35,268 nucleotides of DNA from UHGV virus genome UHGV-0140091; one strand, given 5' to 3'. Below, in pieces: positions 1 through 6,739 of the stretch (within the stretch, counting starts at the first letter, position 1; every line of letters starts with the position of its first letter). The DNA is from a virus. The notes beneath the pieces are model-generated. The model was not told the DNA's origin. It worked only from the letters and a program-made list of their open reading frames with translations, and made no database searches. A program made the translations under genes and the position numbers.

Positions 1-284
1 TAAAGACTCTCTTAGAAAGCCCTTAAAGATGCCCACCTTATTAATCATACCGTGGGCGAGTACGCCAAATTCTTTGATGAGGGATTGGAAGACCTCACTG
101 GTGTTTAGCCTATCAAGCTACTGCCAGAAAAACATTGTCGTTTGCATTTATTTTAAATTTGCAAAATAGACGCTACGCAACGAAAACTATTCAGAATATG
201 TACAACAAATTTCCCCACATTGTGTTACGTCTAACGCTCATGTATTGGTGTTTGAATTATACATATGCTGAATCATTTTCAGTT

Positions 285-314
285 ACTATAAAGTAGTCAC
301 ATCTTAATGTCAAC
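285..314 (-). promoter_or_regulatory. sigma70-like promoter candidate reading leftwards out of the tRNA array
   Basis: Minus strand TTGACA (309-314), 18-nt spacer, TATAGT (285-290). Confidence 0.4.
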
Positions 315-328
315 AACTTTATTGAAAT

Positions 329-404
329 TGGTACTGGTAGGTGGAATCGAACCACCGATGTTCCCTTATCAGGGGAGTGTTATAACCTTCTTAACTATAC
401 CAGC
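329..404 (-). tRNA. tRNA-Ile (anticodon GAT)
   Basis: Minus-strand cloverleaf: acceptor GCTGGTA/TACCAGT, D-arm GTTA/TAAC, anticodon loop CTGATAA, T-arm GGTGG-TTCGATT-CCACC, encoded CCA. One C-A mismatch at the base of the anticodon stem. Confidence 0.75.
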
Positions 405-405
405 T

Positions 406-482
406 TGGAGGTTCAGATGGGAATCGAACCCACATTCATAGGGCTTATGAGACCCTTGCATTACCTTATCTGCGACTGAACC
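406..482 (-). tRNA. tRNA-Met (anticodon CAT; initiator vs elongator vs Ile-lysidine not resolved)
   Basis: Acceptor GGTTCAG/CTGAACC, anticodon stem AGGGT/GCCCT with loop CTCATAA, T-arm GTGGG-TTCGATT-CCCAT, encoded CCA; 1 nt from the neighbouring tRNA. Confidence 0.8.
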
Positions 483-486
483 ATAT

Positions 487-562
487 TGGTAGAAGTGGAG
501 GGATTCGAACCCATCGCCTGTCAGATTAAAAGTCTGCCGCATCACCATTCTGCTACACTTCC
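487..562 (-). tRNA. tRNA-Lys (anticodon TTT), non-canonical T-stem
   Basis: Acceptor GGAAGTG/CACTTCT, anticodon loop CTTTTAA, T-loop TTCGAAT, encoded CCA. T-stem has only 3 GC pairs plus two mismatches. Confidence 0.55.
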
Positions 563-577
563 ATTAAATTATCTTTG

Positions 578-700
578 TAGATAAGCTACCCAGACTTGCT
601 TAAGGTCTGTAGCGATGTGCCTTGTTGGGTTTAAATCTAGAATTTACCCTTTCACCCTTTGTGGTCGCATACTCACAGGTAAGCTTAATAACTTATCTAC
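578..700 (-). ncRNA. candidate structured small RNA (~123 nt) closed by a long terminal helix
   Basis: Perfect 9-bp terminal pairing GUAGAUAAG (700-692) with CUUAUCUAC (586-578), extendable with a bulge (AAGCU/AGCUU). No ORF. Starts 8 nt after a GGUCUGG helix strand, the same spacing seen before two tRNAs. Confidence 0.35.
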
Positions 701-708
701 AAAGATAA

Positions 709-846
709 TTACCAGACCGTTGTTTATCATCTTAAGTGCTACCATTACACCAACTCGACATCTGCCGAGTGAAGGAATCGAACCTTCGCCTTTTCTTTAC
801 CGGAGAAATAGATTGTTTAAGTTTTGCTGTAAACGGTCTTCTGTAA
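709..846 (-). ncRNA. candidate Y RNA-like RNA with circularly permuted tRNA-like domain
   Basis: 5' strand UUACAGAAGACC (846-835) and 3' strand GGUCUGGUAA (718-709) form a bulged helix. Between them, in order: T-arm GAAGG-TTCGATT-CCTTC (787-771), acceptor 3' strand ACTCGGC (770-764), 4-nt loop, acceptor 5' strand GTCGAGT (759-753), TG, D-arm GTGT-AATGGTA-GCAC (750-736). No anticodon arm. Confidence 0.5.
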
Positions 847-853
847 ATTTGTT

Positions 854-933
854 GAGCCAGACCAAGTTTTAAATTTTCAAAATTAAATTGGCTTGAAATT
901 TCATACGTACTTGCTGTAATTGGTCTTCTGCTC
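854..933 (-). ncRNA. bulged-helix RNA module, copy b
   Basis: GAGCAGAAGACC (933-922) pairs with GGUCUGGCUC (863-854): upper helix AGACC/GGUCU, internal loop AGA vs G, lower helix GAGC/GCUC. Ends 7 nt upstream of the Y RNA-like element. Confidence 0.4.
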
Positions 934-1016
934 CTTTAAAGAATACTCGTAAGAACTCTTTAAGGGAGGGGCTAAATAGCCCTCTCAAACATCATTTTGA
1001 AATACTTATTATAATT

Positions 1017-1094
1017 TGGCGGTTACGAAGGGACTCGAACCCTCATCATCTCCCGTGACAGGGGAGTATTTTAACCATATTAAACTACATAACC
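1017..1094 (-). tRNA. tRNA-Asp (anticodon GTC)
   Basis: Acceptor GGTTATG/CGTAACC, perfect anticodon stem CTCCC/GGGAG with loop CTGTCAC, T-arm GAGGG-TTCGAGT-CCCTT, encoded CCA. Confidence 0.8.
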
Positions 1095-1100
1095 TTTATT

Positions 1101-1188
1101 TGGTGTGCCGTGTAGGAGTCGAACCTACCGAGTCTCAATGACAAGGGATTTACAGTCCCCACCGCTACCATCTACGGGATAACGACAC
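1101..1188 (-). tRNA. tRNA-Tyr (anticodon GTA), class II with long variable arm
   Basis: Acceptor GTGTCGT/ACGGCAC, anticodon stem GGGGA/TCCCT with loop CTGTAAA, ~15-nt variable arm, T-arm GTAGG-TTCGACT-CCTAC, encoded CCA; 88 nt. Confidence 0.75.
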
Positions 1189-1197
1189 ATTTAAATT

Positions 1198-1274
1198 TGG
1201 CGGTTAGTCAGGGATTCGAACCCTGTGCCATTCGCTTAACAGGCGACCGCACATACCTTATGTGCTTCCTAACC
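1198..1274 (-). tRNA. tRNA-Asn (anticodon GTT)
   Basis: Acceptor GGTTAGG/ACTAACC (one mismatch at 7:66), D-stem GCAC/GTGC, anticodon loop CTGTTAA, T-arm CAGGG-TTCGAAT-CCCTG, encoded CCA. Confidence 0.7.
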
Positions 1275-1282
1275 TTAATACA

Positions 1283-1348
1283 TTGCCAGACCGTGTTTTT
1301 TCTTTTATCCGCAAAAAGTATTTTGTTGCTGAATACGGTCTTCTGCAA
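1283..1348 (-). ncRNA. bulged-helix RNA module, copy c
   Basis: UUGCAGAAGACC (1348-1337) pairs with GGUCUGGCAA (1292-1283). Lies 3 nt after the CCA of the upstream tRNA and 8 nt before the 5' end of tRNA-Asn. Confidence 0.4.
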
Positions 1349-1351
1349 AAT

Positions 1352-1428
1352 TGGAGGCGGGTGCAGGAGTCGAACCTGCCGATACCATGCTAATGAGACA
1401 TGTGAGACGCCCTTTCTCTATACCCGCA
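1352..1428 (-). tRNA. tRNA with anticodon CAT (Met/Ile2-type), non-canonical; possible pseudo-tRNA
   Basis: Perfect T-arm GCAGG-TTCGACT-CCTGC, acceptor 3' ACCCGCC + T + CCA, anticodon stem CATGT/GCATG with loop CTCATTA. But T1-C72 mismatch, A at position 8, U at position 37 and a 6-nt variable loop. Confidence 0.5.
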
Positions 1429-1437
1429 ATTCTTAAT

Positions 1438-1515
1438 GACCAGACCAAATCTCTTCTTTGTCCGATTTACCTTCAGATGAATAAGATTAAGTTTGCTGTA
1501 ATTGGTCTTCTGTCA
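1438..1515 (-). ncRNA. bulged-helix RNA module, copy d
   Basis: UGACAGAAGACC (1515-1504) pairs with GGUCUGGUCA (1447-1438). Lies 4 nt after the CCA of tRNA-Glu and 8 nt before the next tRNA. Confidence 0.4.
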
Positions 1516-1519
1516 AAAC

Positions 1520-1597
1520 TGGTGTTCCAGAAGGGATTTGAACCCTCAAATATCCACTTTGAAAGAGTGGTGACTTTACCATTTTGTCTACTGGAAC
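1520..1597 (-). tRNA. tRNA-Glu (anticodon TTC)
   Basis: Acceptor GTTCCAG/CTGGAAC, perfect anticodon stem CCACT/AGTGG with loop CTTTCAA, T-arm GAGGG-TTCAAAT-CCCTT, encoded CCA. Confidence 0.8.
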
Positions 1598-1604
1598 ATT
1601 AATT

Positions 1605-1681
1605 TGGTCTCTGTTGGAGGACTTGAACCTCCGGCCTTACCGCCCCAAACGGAACGCTCTACCAAGCTGAGCTAAACAGAG
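1605..1681 (-). tRNA. tRNA-Pro (anticodon TGG)
   Basis: Acceptor CTCTGTT/AACAGAG, D-arm GCTC-AGCTTGGTA-GAGC, anticodon loop TTTGGGG, T-arm GGAGG-TTCAAGT-CCTCC, encoded CCA. One T-T mismatch in the anticodon stem. Confidence 0.7.
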
Positions 1682-1707
1682 ATAAACTTTTCAAACTCTA
1701 TGTAACC

Positions 1708-1737
1708 ACTTTAACATTATTTTTTAGTGATTGTCAA
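1708..1737 (-). promoter_or_regulatory. sigma70-like promoter candidate upstream of the tRNA array
   Basis: Minus strand TTGACA (1737-1732), 18-nt spacer, TAAAGT (1713-1708). Confidence 0.4.
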
Positions 1738-1799
1738 GAACTTTTTTAAAATATTTTTCAGTATCTTAGAAAAGCTCTTATTTCGTTTCTATGTAGAAC

Positions 1800-1829
1800 A
1801 TATTAAAGGGTATCAAACACATTGTCAAT
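1800..1829 (-). promoter_or_regulatory. sigma70-like promoter candidate upstream of the tRNA array
   Basis: Minus strand TTGACA (1829-1824), 18-nt spacer, TAATAT (1805-1800); sits between the stop of the vWA gene and the first tRNA. Confidence 0.5.
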
Positions 1830-1846
1830 ACCCTTTTTAAAACTTT

Positions 1847-3261
1847 TTACCAGATATAACGGTCAATCATTACTGCTTTGAGCATTACGCTGATTGGGTC
1901 AAACTTCTCACCACCAAGCAGAGCTTTTAAAGTGGCTGGAGAGAAACCAGACACCATTGCTACACCGTTATCCTTAACAGATACTTCGCAAGTGCCATTA
2001 CGGTTTGCTAAGTACCAGAATACCAGTTGTGGCATCTCATATCCAGCTTTTTTGTACTTGCTCTGAATTGCTTCAAAGTTTGTACGACCGTTAGCTCCAT
2101 CAACCTGATTGAACTCCATATCAGAGAAGATGATAAGCTTACTTGGCATATCTTTCTGAGTCAAGTTGTTTCTTTTACCTGTCTCAAGAATACGGTCAAA
2201 AGCTGCTTGTAAGTTAGTTGAGCCATATTCAACGTGTCGCATCACCTGACGATGACGGTTTCGTAAATCACCACTCAGTTCAATGAAGTGAGGGTTTGTT
2301 GAATAAACCATCAACTCATTCTTAAAGCAACCTGTATTACGTTCTGCTACATACAATGCAAGTGAAACACCAATATCAAGAGCAGTAATTGAACCAAAAT
2401 TCACCCAAGACATTGAACTTGAAACATCAGACATACATAGAATGTTTTCACCCTCTGCCATCCAGTTTGGTAGTGCTTTCCACTGCTCATTAGCAACATC
2501 TGCATTACCATACTTAACAGATTTAATCACATCGTATGGGTAAACAGCACCAGCATTAATCTTAGCCTCACCCTTTGATAATGACTCGATGTAAGCTTTG
2601 TAGCGTTCTCCATCTTTACGGTTAAACAGTTTTTGGTAACGTGCAGCAGCAAGTGAAGGAATCTTACTGTAGTCAATCTTACCAAACTCATTAGCAGAGA
2701 TTTTTTGCTCAACTGTATCAGATAGTGCAGACAACAGTGTGCGGTACTCTTTCTCACTCAAGTTTGCAAACTTGCAGAAACGTTTTACAAACTGTTTGTG
2801 ACGTGGTTTTACTCGTGGTAACCACTTAGCTGCTAAACCTGCTGTTGCAGGGTCTAGTAATGCTGCTTCTAAATGTTTGAAGGCATCTGTCTCGAAACGA
2901 GTACCTACAAAGATTTTGAAGTCATCAAAGCGACCAAGCTCTGCAATCTTATCCATAATGCGAAGAACCTGCGTAGGTTCTAAAACTTTATCTTCAATCG
3001 CTTGAAGTAAAACAGTTCGGAAAGCTTTACGCTCACCATACCTTCTCGTACATCTCGCATATGCAGTAAAATACGAACTGCAACATCAACATCCTCATGC
3101 AAAGCTTTGTAGAACAGGTCTGGTAAGATTTCTACATTGCTACGGCTTGAACCAGCAGCTTTGTAAAAGTCTACAAGAGCAGACATTGATGAAGTATGGT
3201 TTGCAGCACCATTTTCAGTTCGACCTGCATGAAGGTGCGCATGTTTAAATAATTCGCTCAT
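1847..3261 (-). pseudogene. vWA-domain protein with N-terminal helical domain (DUF2828-like by recollection; Ro60/TROVE-like architecture), split by a -1 frameshift
   Basis: Two ORFs (2980-3261 and 1847-2956) overlap in different frames. The downstream frame stays open upstream of its ATG to ~3130 and reads YGERKAFRTVLLQAIEDKVLEPTQVLRIMDKI. Joining ...RDVREG to YGERK... at ~3038-3042 restores one ~470-aa protein. C-terminal part has the vWA MIDAS motif DVSSS. Confidence 0.6.
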
Positions 3262-3291
3262 ATTTTACTCTCTTCTCTCATTTGTTTGTTG

Positions 3292-3336
3292 GTGTGACAG
3301 ACTTTAGAGCAACTTTGTAGAGTCTGTCAACACCTT
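3292..3336 (-). promoter_or_regulatory. promoter candidate embedded in an inverted repeat, upstream of the vWA gene
   Basis: Minus strand TTGACA, 18-nt spacer, TAAAGT; the whole element lies inside a 13-bp inverted repeat GGTGTGACAGACT / AGTCTGTCA(A)CACC. Confidence 0.45.
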
Positions 3337-3342
3337 TTAAAA

Positions 3343-3714
3343 TTATTTTTTGAGAGTCGCTACAGCAGAGAACGTTGGTTTGTTATCTGTCTGAGACTGA
3401 CCACCATTATCAGGGGTCTTCTTAGTGTCTGCTGCAATCGCTTTCATCTCACCTGCTGAGTGAGTCATGATGGTTTTACCAGCCTCCATCATCGACTTCA
3501 GGTTTACATCGTCAGTCGTCAAACCGAACTCTGCAAGCTTAGCAGCATCCCTTGTAACAACCGCCTCAAACAACTTTGCAGCAAACTCAGCAGAATTATC
3601 AATGGTCAGTTGAGCTTTTACGAGTGAGCTTTTGTTACGAGAGCCTTTTGGTCTTCCAGATGGGTTTCCAGACTGGCCTTTTTTAAACTGGCCTTTGTTT
3701 GTTCTGTTTTTCAT
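3343..3714 (-). CDS. hypothetical protein with N-terminal GNPSGRPKG basic motif
   Basis: 123-aa ORF with AAGAGG ribosome-binding site upstream of the ATG. Confidence 0.6.
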   Translation of the reverse strand: MKNRTNKGQFKKGQSGNPSGRPKGSRNKSSLVKAQLTIDNSAEFAAKLFEAVVTRDAAKLAEFGLTTDDVNLKSMMEAGKTIMTHSAGEMKAIAADTKKTPDNGGQSQTDNKPTFSAVATLKK

Positions 3715-3729
3715 TGGTATGCCTCTTAT

Positions 3730-3810
3730 AAGACCTCTTAAAAGGCTTTTAAGATAAAAGATAGATATCCAGAAAGATATCTGTTTAAATAGCCTTTTTA
3801 GAGGAACCTT
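3730..3810. promoter_or_regulatory. divergent intergenic control region with dyad symmetries
   Basis: Inverted repeat AGATATC-N6-GATATCT (~3762-3781) and CCTCTTAAAAGGC / GCCTTTTTAGAGG; lies between the minus-strand block (3714) and the plus-strand block (3964). Confidence 0.35.
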
Positions 3811-3963
3811 TTAAGTTATCTTCTAAGTATTTATAAGCCTACACCTTGTCAAGTACTTTGTCAACAACTTTTTTAACTTGCAATAGTTCTTGACTTGTTG
3901 TATGGATTACTGTACCATCTTACTTAAAGCTGTAGGTCTGCCTTGTTCTACAAAGGAGACTTA

Positions 3964-4125
3964 ATGAGAAAATCAAATAAACCGAAGAAAGGTAAGAATA
4001 CCAATCACTGTAAGGAATCAAAAAGGGTAGAGTTAATCTACTATTCATCCTCTGAAATTGGTCTGTACCTGTTCTTTCAAAATTACAGAAGACAAGAGGA
4101 TTATCTATGTGTAGTTCCCAATTAG
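3964..4125 (+). CDS. small hypothetical basic protein
   Basis: Tracked ORF 3943-4125; AAGGAG ribosome-binding site sits just before the ATG at 3964, so the start is probably there. Confidence 0.35.
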   Translation: MRKSNKPKKGKNTNHCKESKRVELIYYSSSEIGLYLFFQNYRRQEDYLCVVPN

Positions 4126-4340
4126 AAATCGCAGATATTATAGATTTATATCAAACTGCAAAGAGTCATGGCTATATAACCTCAATTGGAAAGAATAGTC
4201 ACTATGATGCTTTGACTGGAATGTATTTCAGGGCAATGGCTCAATCTAGTGAACAACACTTAATGGTTTCTTCCAGTGAGTTTACTTCGTTTCTCTATTG
4301 CAGCAAAATTATAAACCGCAGGAGAACTGAAAAATGTTAA
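4107..4340 (+). CDS. hypothetical protein
   Basis: 77-aa ORF, overlaps neighbours by a few codons in operon fashion. Confidence 0.35.
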   Translation: MCSSQLEIADIIDLYQTAKSHGYITSIGKNSHYDALTGMYFRAMAQSSEQHLMVSSSEFTSFLYCSKIINRRRTEKC

Positions 4341-4924
4341 CAGTAAGTTTTAATTACAATAGTGATGGCTCTGTATCAATTAATTCACCATATGCAAATG
4401 ACCTGCTTAAAGAGCTAGTCAATCAGTGTGATAGAGGTCTTCACTATGTTCAAAATTCTTTTAAACAGAAGACTATTGCTAATAACTTGATGCGTGTAAC
4501 AGTGACGGCATCTAATCCAAATTATGACTTTGATAGTGAAAGTCCGTATTCATTAGTTGCGCTTGGAGAGAGCAGCCAATTCAAACTTGTTTGCCACGAC
4601 TCAGAAACATTCCTTAAGGTATTTTCCAACCTTATCCATAATAATAAGTACAGCTACGTTGATGGTAGTGTAAATTTCTATCCAGCAAACTATACATGTT
4701 TGTTGGTTGATAATATGAGAAAAAGTAAGCAAGAGCCTACGGAAATTTCATTTGATGTGAACTCTAGTCCAGATGCAGAAACAAGTAAGAACTTTGATAT
4801 GAGTTACGCATTGTCACTCAGTAAGAAATCCGAGTTCATTGATTATGTCAATGGATTTGGTTTTAAGTTTGATGAGAGTATGAATCTTAAAAAACTTAAG
4901 AACCTACTTAAGACCAAAGCTTAA
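4334..4924 (+). CDS. hypothetical protein
   Basis: 196-aa ORF in the plus-strand operon. Confidence 0.6.
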   Translation: MLTVSFNYNSDGSVSINSPYANDLLKELVNQCDRGLHYVQNSFKQKTIANNLMRVTVTASNPNYDFDSESPYSLVALGESSQFKLVCHDSETFLKVFSNLIHNNKYSYVDGSVNFYPANYTCLLVDNMRKSKQEPTEISFDVNSSPDAETSKNFDMSYALSLSKKSEFIDYVNGFGFKFDESMNLKKLKNLLKTKA

Positions 4925-4971
4925 GTGTGAATAGGGGCTTATGCCCCTTTAACTATTTATAAGGATATTTA

Positions 4972-5343
4972 ATGAAAGCTAAGAGTGCAAAAGACTTTTA
5001 TTGCTTCCTACAATCCTATATCAATTCCGTGCAAAATGGTGAAAGGTACAACCTTAATGATGTTATCCCAACACCTTTGACATGGAGACTCAGTAAATGG
5101 CCTGAAGAAGATATTACACCAACAATCGAACAGCGTACCTACAAACCTGAAATCAATATTCCAGACTCTGAGAATCTATTATACCCAATGTTCCATATTG
5201 TTGGTCTTGGAAGATTCCTTATGGATATCCAGTATGTAATTGGTAAAGGTTATAAGGTTAAAGGTATTGTCGTTGGTGATGTATCTCCGAATCACAAAGG
5301 TTATTTTAGACTAAACGCACATTTAGAGGCTGAAAAGAAATGA
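4972..5343 (+). CDS. hypothetical protein, paralog of the N-terminal domain of the next gene
   Basis: 123-aa ORF; aligns along its length with residues 1-~110 of the 5340-6224 product (shared RY, LTW/YWPE, YKP, ELLY, F(L)MD(I/L)QY segments). Confidence 0.65.
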   Translation: MKAKSAKDFYCFLQSYINSVQNGERYNLNDVIPTPLTWRLSKWPEEDITPTIEQRTYKPEINIPDSENLLYPMFHIVGLGRFLMDIQYVIGKGYKVKGIVVGDVSPNHKGYFRLNAHLEAEKK

Positions 5344-6224
5344 TTAAAGCAAAGACTTACCCAGACTTCAAAGAGTTTGTGAAGGGCTTCATTGCAAACG
5401 TAAAGGCTGGTAAGAGATATGATTTTAGAACATATCAAGAGGCTATTTTACCACTTACCTATAGTTCATATTGGCCTGAAGCTGATATTGCAGAAGTTGA
5501 GAAGTTTGACTACAAACCAGACTACAAAGTCCCATTTAGTGATGAGTTGCTTTACAGCGTTGGTGCTCAAATGAGAACTTCTGACTTCTTCATGGACTTA
5601 CAATATGCAATTATCAATGGTAAAGATGTTGATACAGTTTATTGTGAATGGCTGGCAAGGGTTAAACCATTCTCAATGTTGAATGCTAAGTTGAAGGATG
5701 CTATCAAGCCACCAGCAATTACTCAGCAGCCAACAGGTCAAACAGTTAATGAGGGTGGCACACTTACTCTAACCATTCTAGCAACTAACGCCACTGGATA
5801 TCAGTGGAAAAAGGATGGTGAGGACATCCCTAGTGCCAATTCTGCAACTTACACAAAACAGTCAGTAGCACCTTCTGACGCTGGTTCATACACTTGTGTT
5901 GTATCTGGAGAAGGTGGAACAAGTGTTACCTCAGATGCAGCAACAGTGACTGTGAATGCACTACCTGTGATTACCAAGCAACCTTCTAACCAGACTATTA
6001 ATGAAGGTGGAAACATCAACTTAGCAGTTACTGCAACAGGTGCAACAGGTTACCAGTGGAAGAAAGGTGAGGAAGATATACTTGATGCAACCGCTGCAAC
6101 TTACACTAAAGAAGGTGCAACCGCTGCTGATTCAGGAAGCTACACCTGTGTAGTTACTGGTGCAGGTGGCTCTGTAACATCTAATGCAGCAACAGTTACA
6201 GTTAACCCAGCAGGGGAGGCATAA
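5340..6224 (+). CDS. hypothetical protein with two C-terminal Ig-like repeats
   Basis: 294 aa. Two ~80-aa tandem repeats, each with NEGG, GYQWKK, ATYTK and GSYTCVV motifs, resembling phage Ig-like (I-set/Big-type) domains. Confidence 0.7.
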   Translation: MIKAKTYPDFKEFVKGFIANVKAGKRYDFRTYQEAILPLTYSSYWPEADIAEVEKFDYKPDYKVPFSDELLYSVGAQMRTSDFFMDLQYAIINGKDVDTVYCEWLARVKPFSMLNAKLKDAIKPPAITQQPTGQTVNEGGTLTLTILATNATGYQWKKDGEDIPSANSATYTKQSVAPSDAGSYTCVVSGEGGTSVTSDAATVTVNALPVITKQPSNQTINEGGNINLAVTATGATGYQWKKGEEDILDATAATYTKEGATAADSGSYTCVVTGAGGSVTSNAATVTVNPAGEA

Positions 6225-6688
6225 TGCAACTCTCAAGAAAAGGTTTAGAGGCTATTAAGTTCTTTGAAGGTCTGAAGTTAGAGGCTTACGAAGACTCTGC
6301 CGGAATCCCAACAATCGGGTATGGGACAATCCGTATTGACGGAAAACCTGTTAAGATGGGTATGAAAATTACTGCTGAACAAGCTGAACAGTATCTTCTT
6401 GCAGATGTTGAGAAGTTCGTTGCAGCAGTGAATAAAGCTATCAAGGTTCCAACTTCTCAGAACGAGTTCGATGCACTTGTAAGTGAAACATACAACATCG
6501 GTATCACAGCTATGCAGGATTCTACATTTATCAAGCGCCACAATGCTGGTAATAAGGTCGGTTGTGCAGAAGCTATGCAGTGGTGGAACAAGGTTACAGT
6601 CAAAGGTAAGAAGGTCACTTCAAACGGCCTGAAAAACAGACGTAGAATGGAAGCTGACATTTATCTTGACAGTGTATATCCAAAGTAA
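6224..6688 (+). CDS. endolysin, phage lysozyme (GH24-like)
   Basis: 154 aa with N-terminal FEG...YED...PTIGYG catalytic-region signature of phage lysozymes; followed by an intrinsic terminator. Confidence 0.85.
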   Translation: MQLSRKGLEAIKFFEGLKLEAYEDSAGIPTIGYGTIRIDGKPVKMGMKITAEQAEQYLLADVEKFVAAVNKAIKVPTSQNEFDALVSETYNIGITAMQDSTFIKRHNAGNKVGCAEAMQWWNKVTVKGKKVTSNGLKNRRRMEADIYLDSVYPK

Positions 6689-6695
6689 TATCTTC

Positions 6696-6722
6696 ATAGG
6701 CTCCTTCGGGAGCCTTTTTTAT
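6696..6722 (+). terminator. rho-independent terminator
   Basis: GGCTCC-TTCG-GGAGCC hairpin followed by TTTTTT. Confidence 0.75.
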
Positions 6723-6739
6723 TTTCTAAGGAGAAAACT

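Noticed and set aside
1-47. Possible partial minus-strand CDS start (MINKVGIFKGFLRESL...) running off the left edge
   Set aside because: Only ~16 codons are visible and the ribosome-binding site is weak; too little sequence to support a call.
763-790. T-arm plus acceptor 3' strand as the 3' end of an ordinary tRNA
   Set aside because: No complementary acceptor 5' strand, D-arm or anticodon arm exists upstream; the complementary strand lies immediately downstream, so the permuted tRNA-like interpretation fits better.
615-1602. Plus-strand ORFs 615-872, 1197-1436 and 1351-1602 from the six-frame track
   Set aside because: They run antisense through tRNA genes and the structured RNA modules, lack ribosome-binding sites, and have low-complexity translations; treated as chance ORFs.
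1878-2757. Plus-strand ORFs 1878-2066, 2027-2212 and minus-strand 2527-2757 inside the vWA gene
   Set aside because: Antisense or out-of-frame overlaps of a long gene with clear domain signatures.
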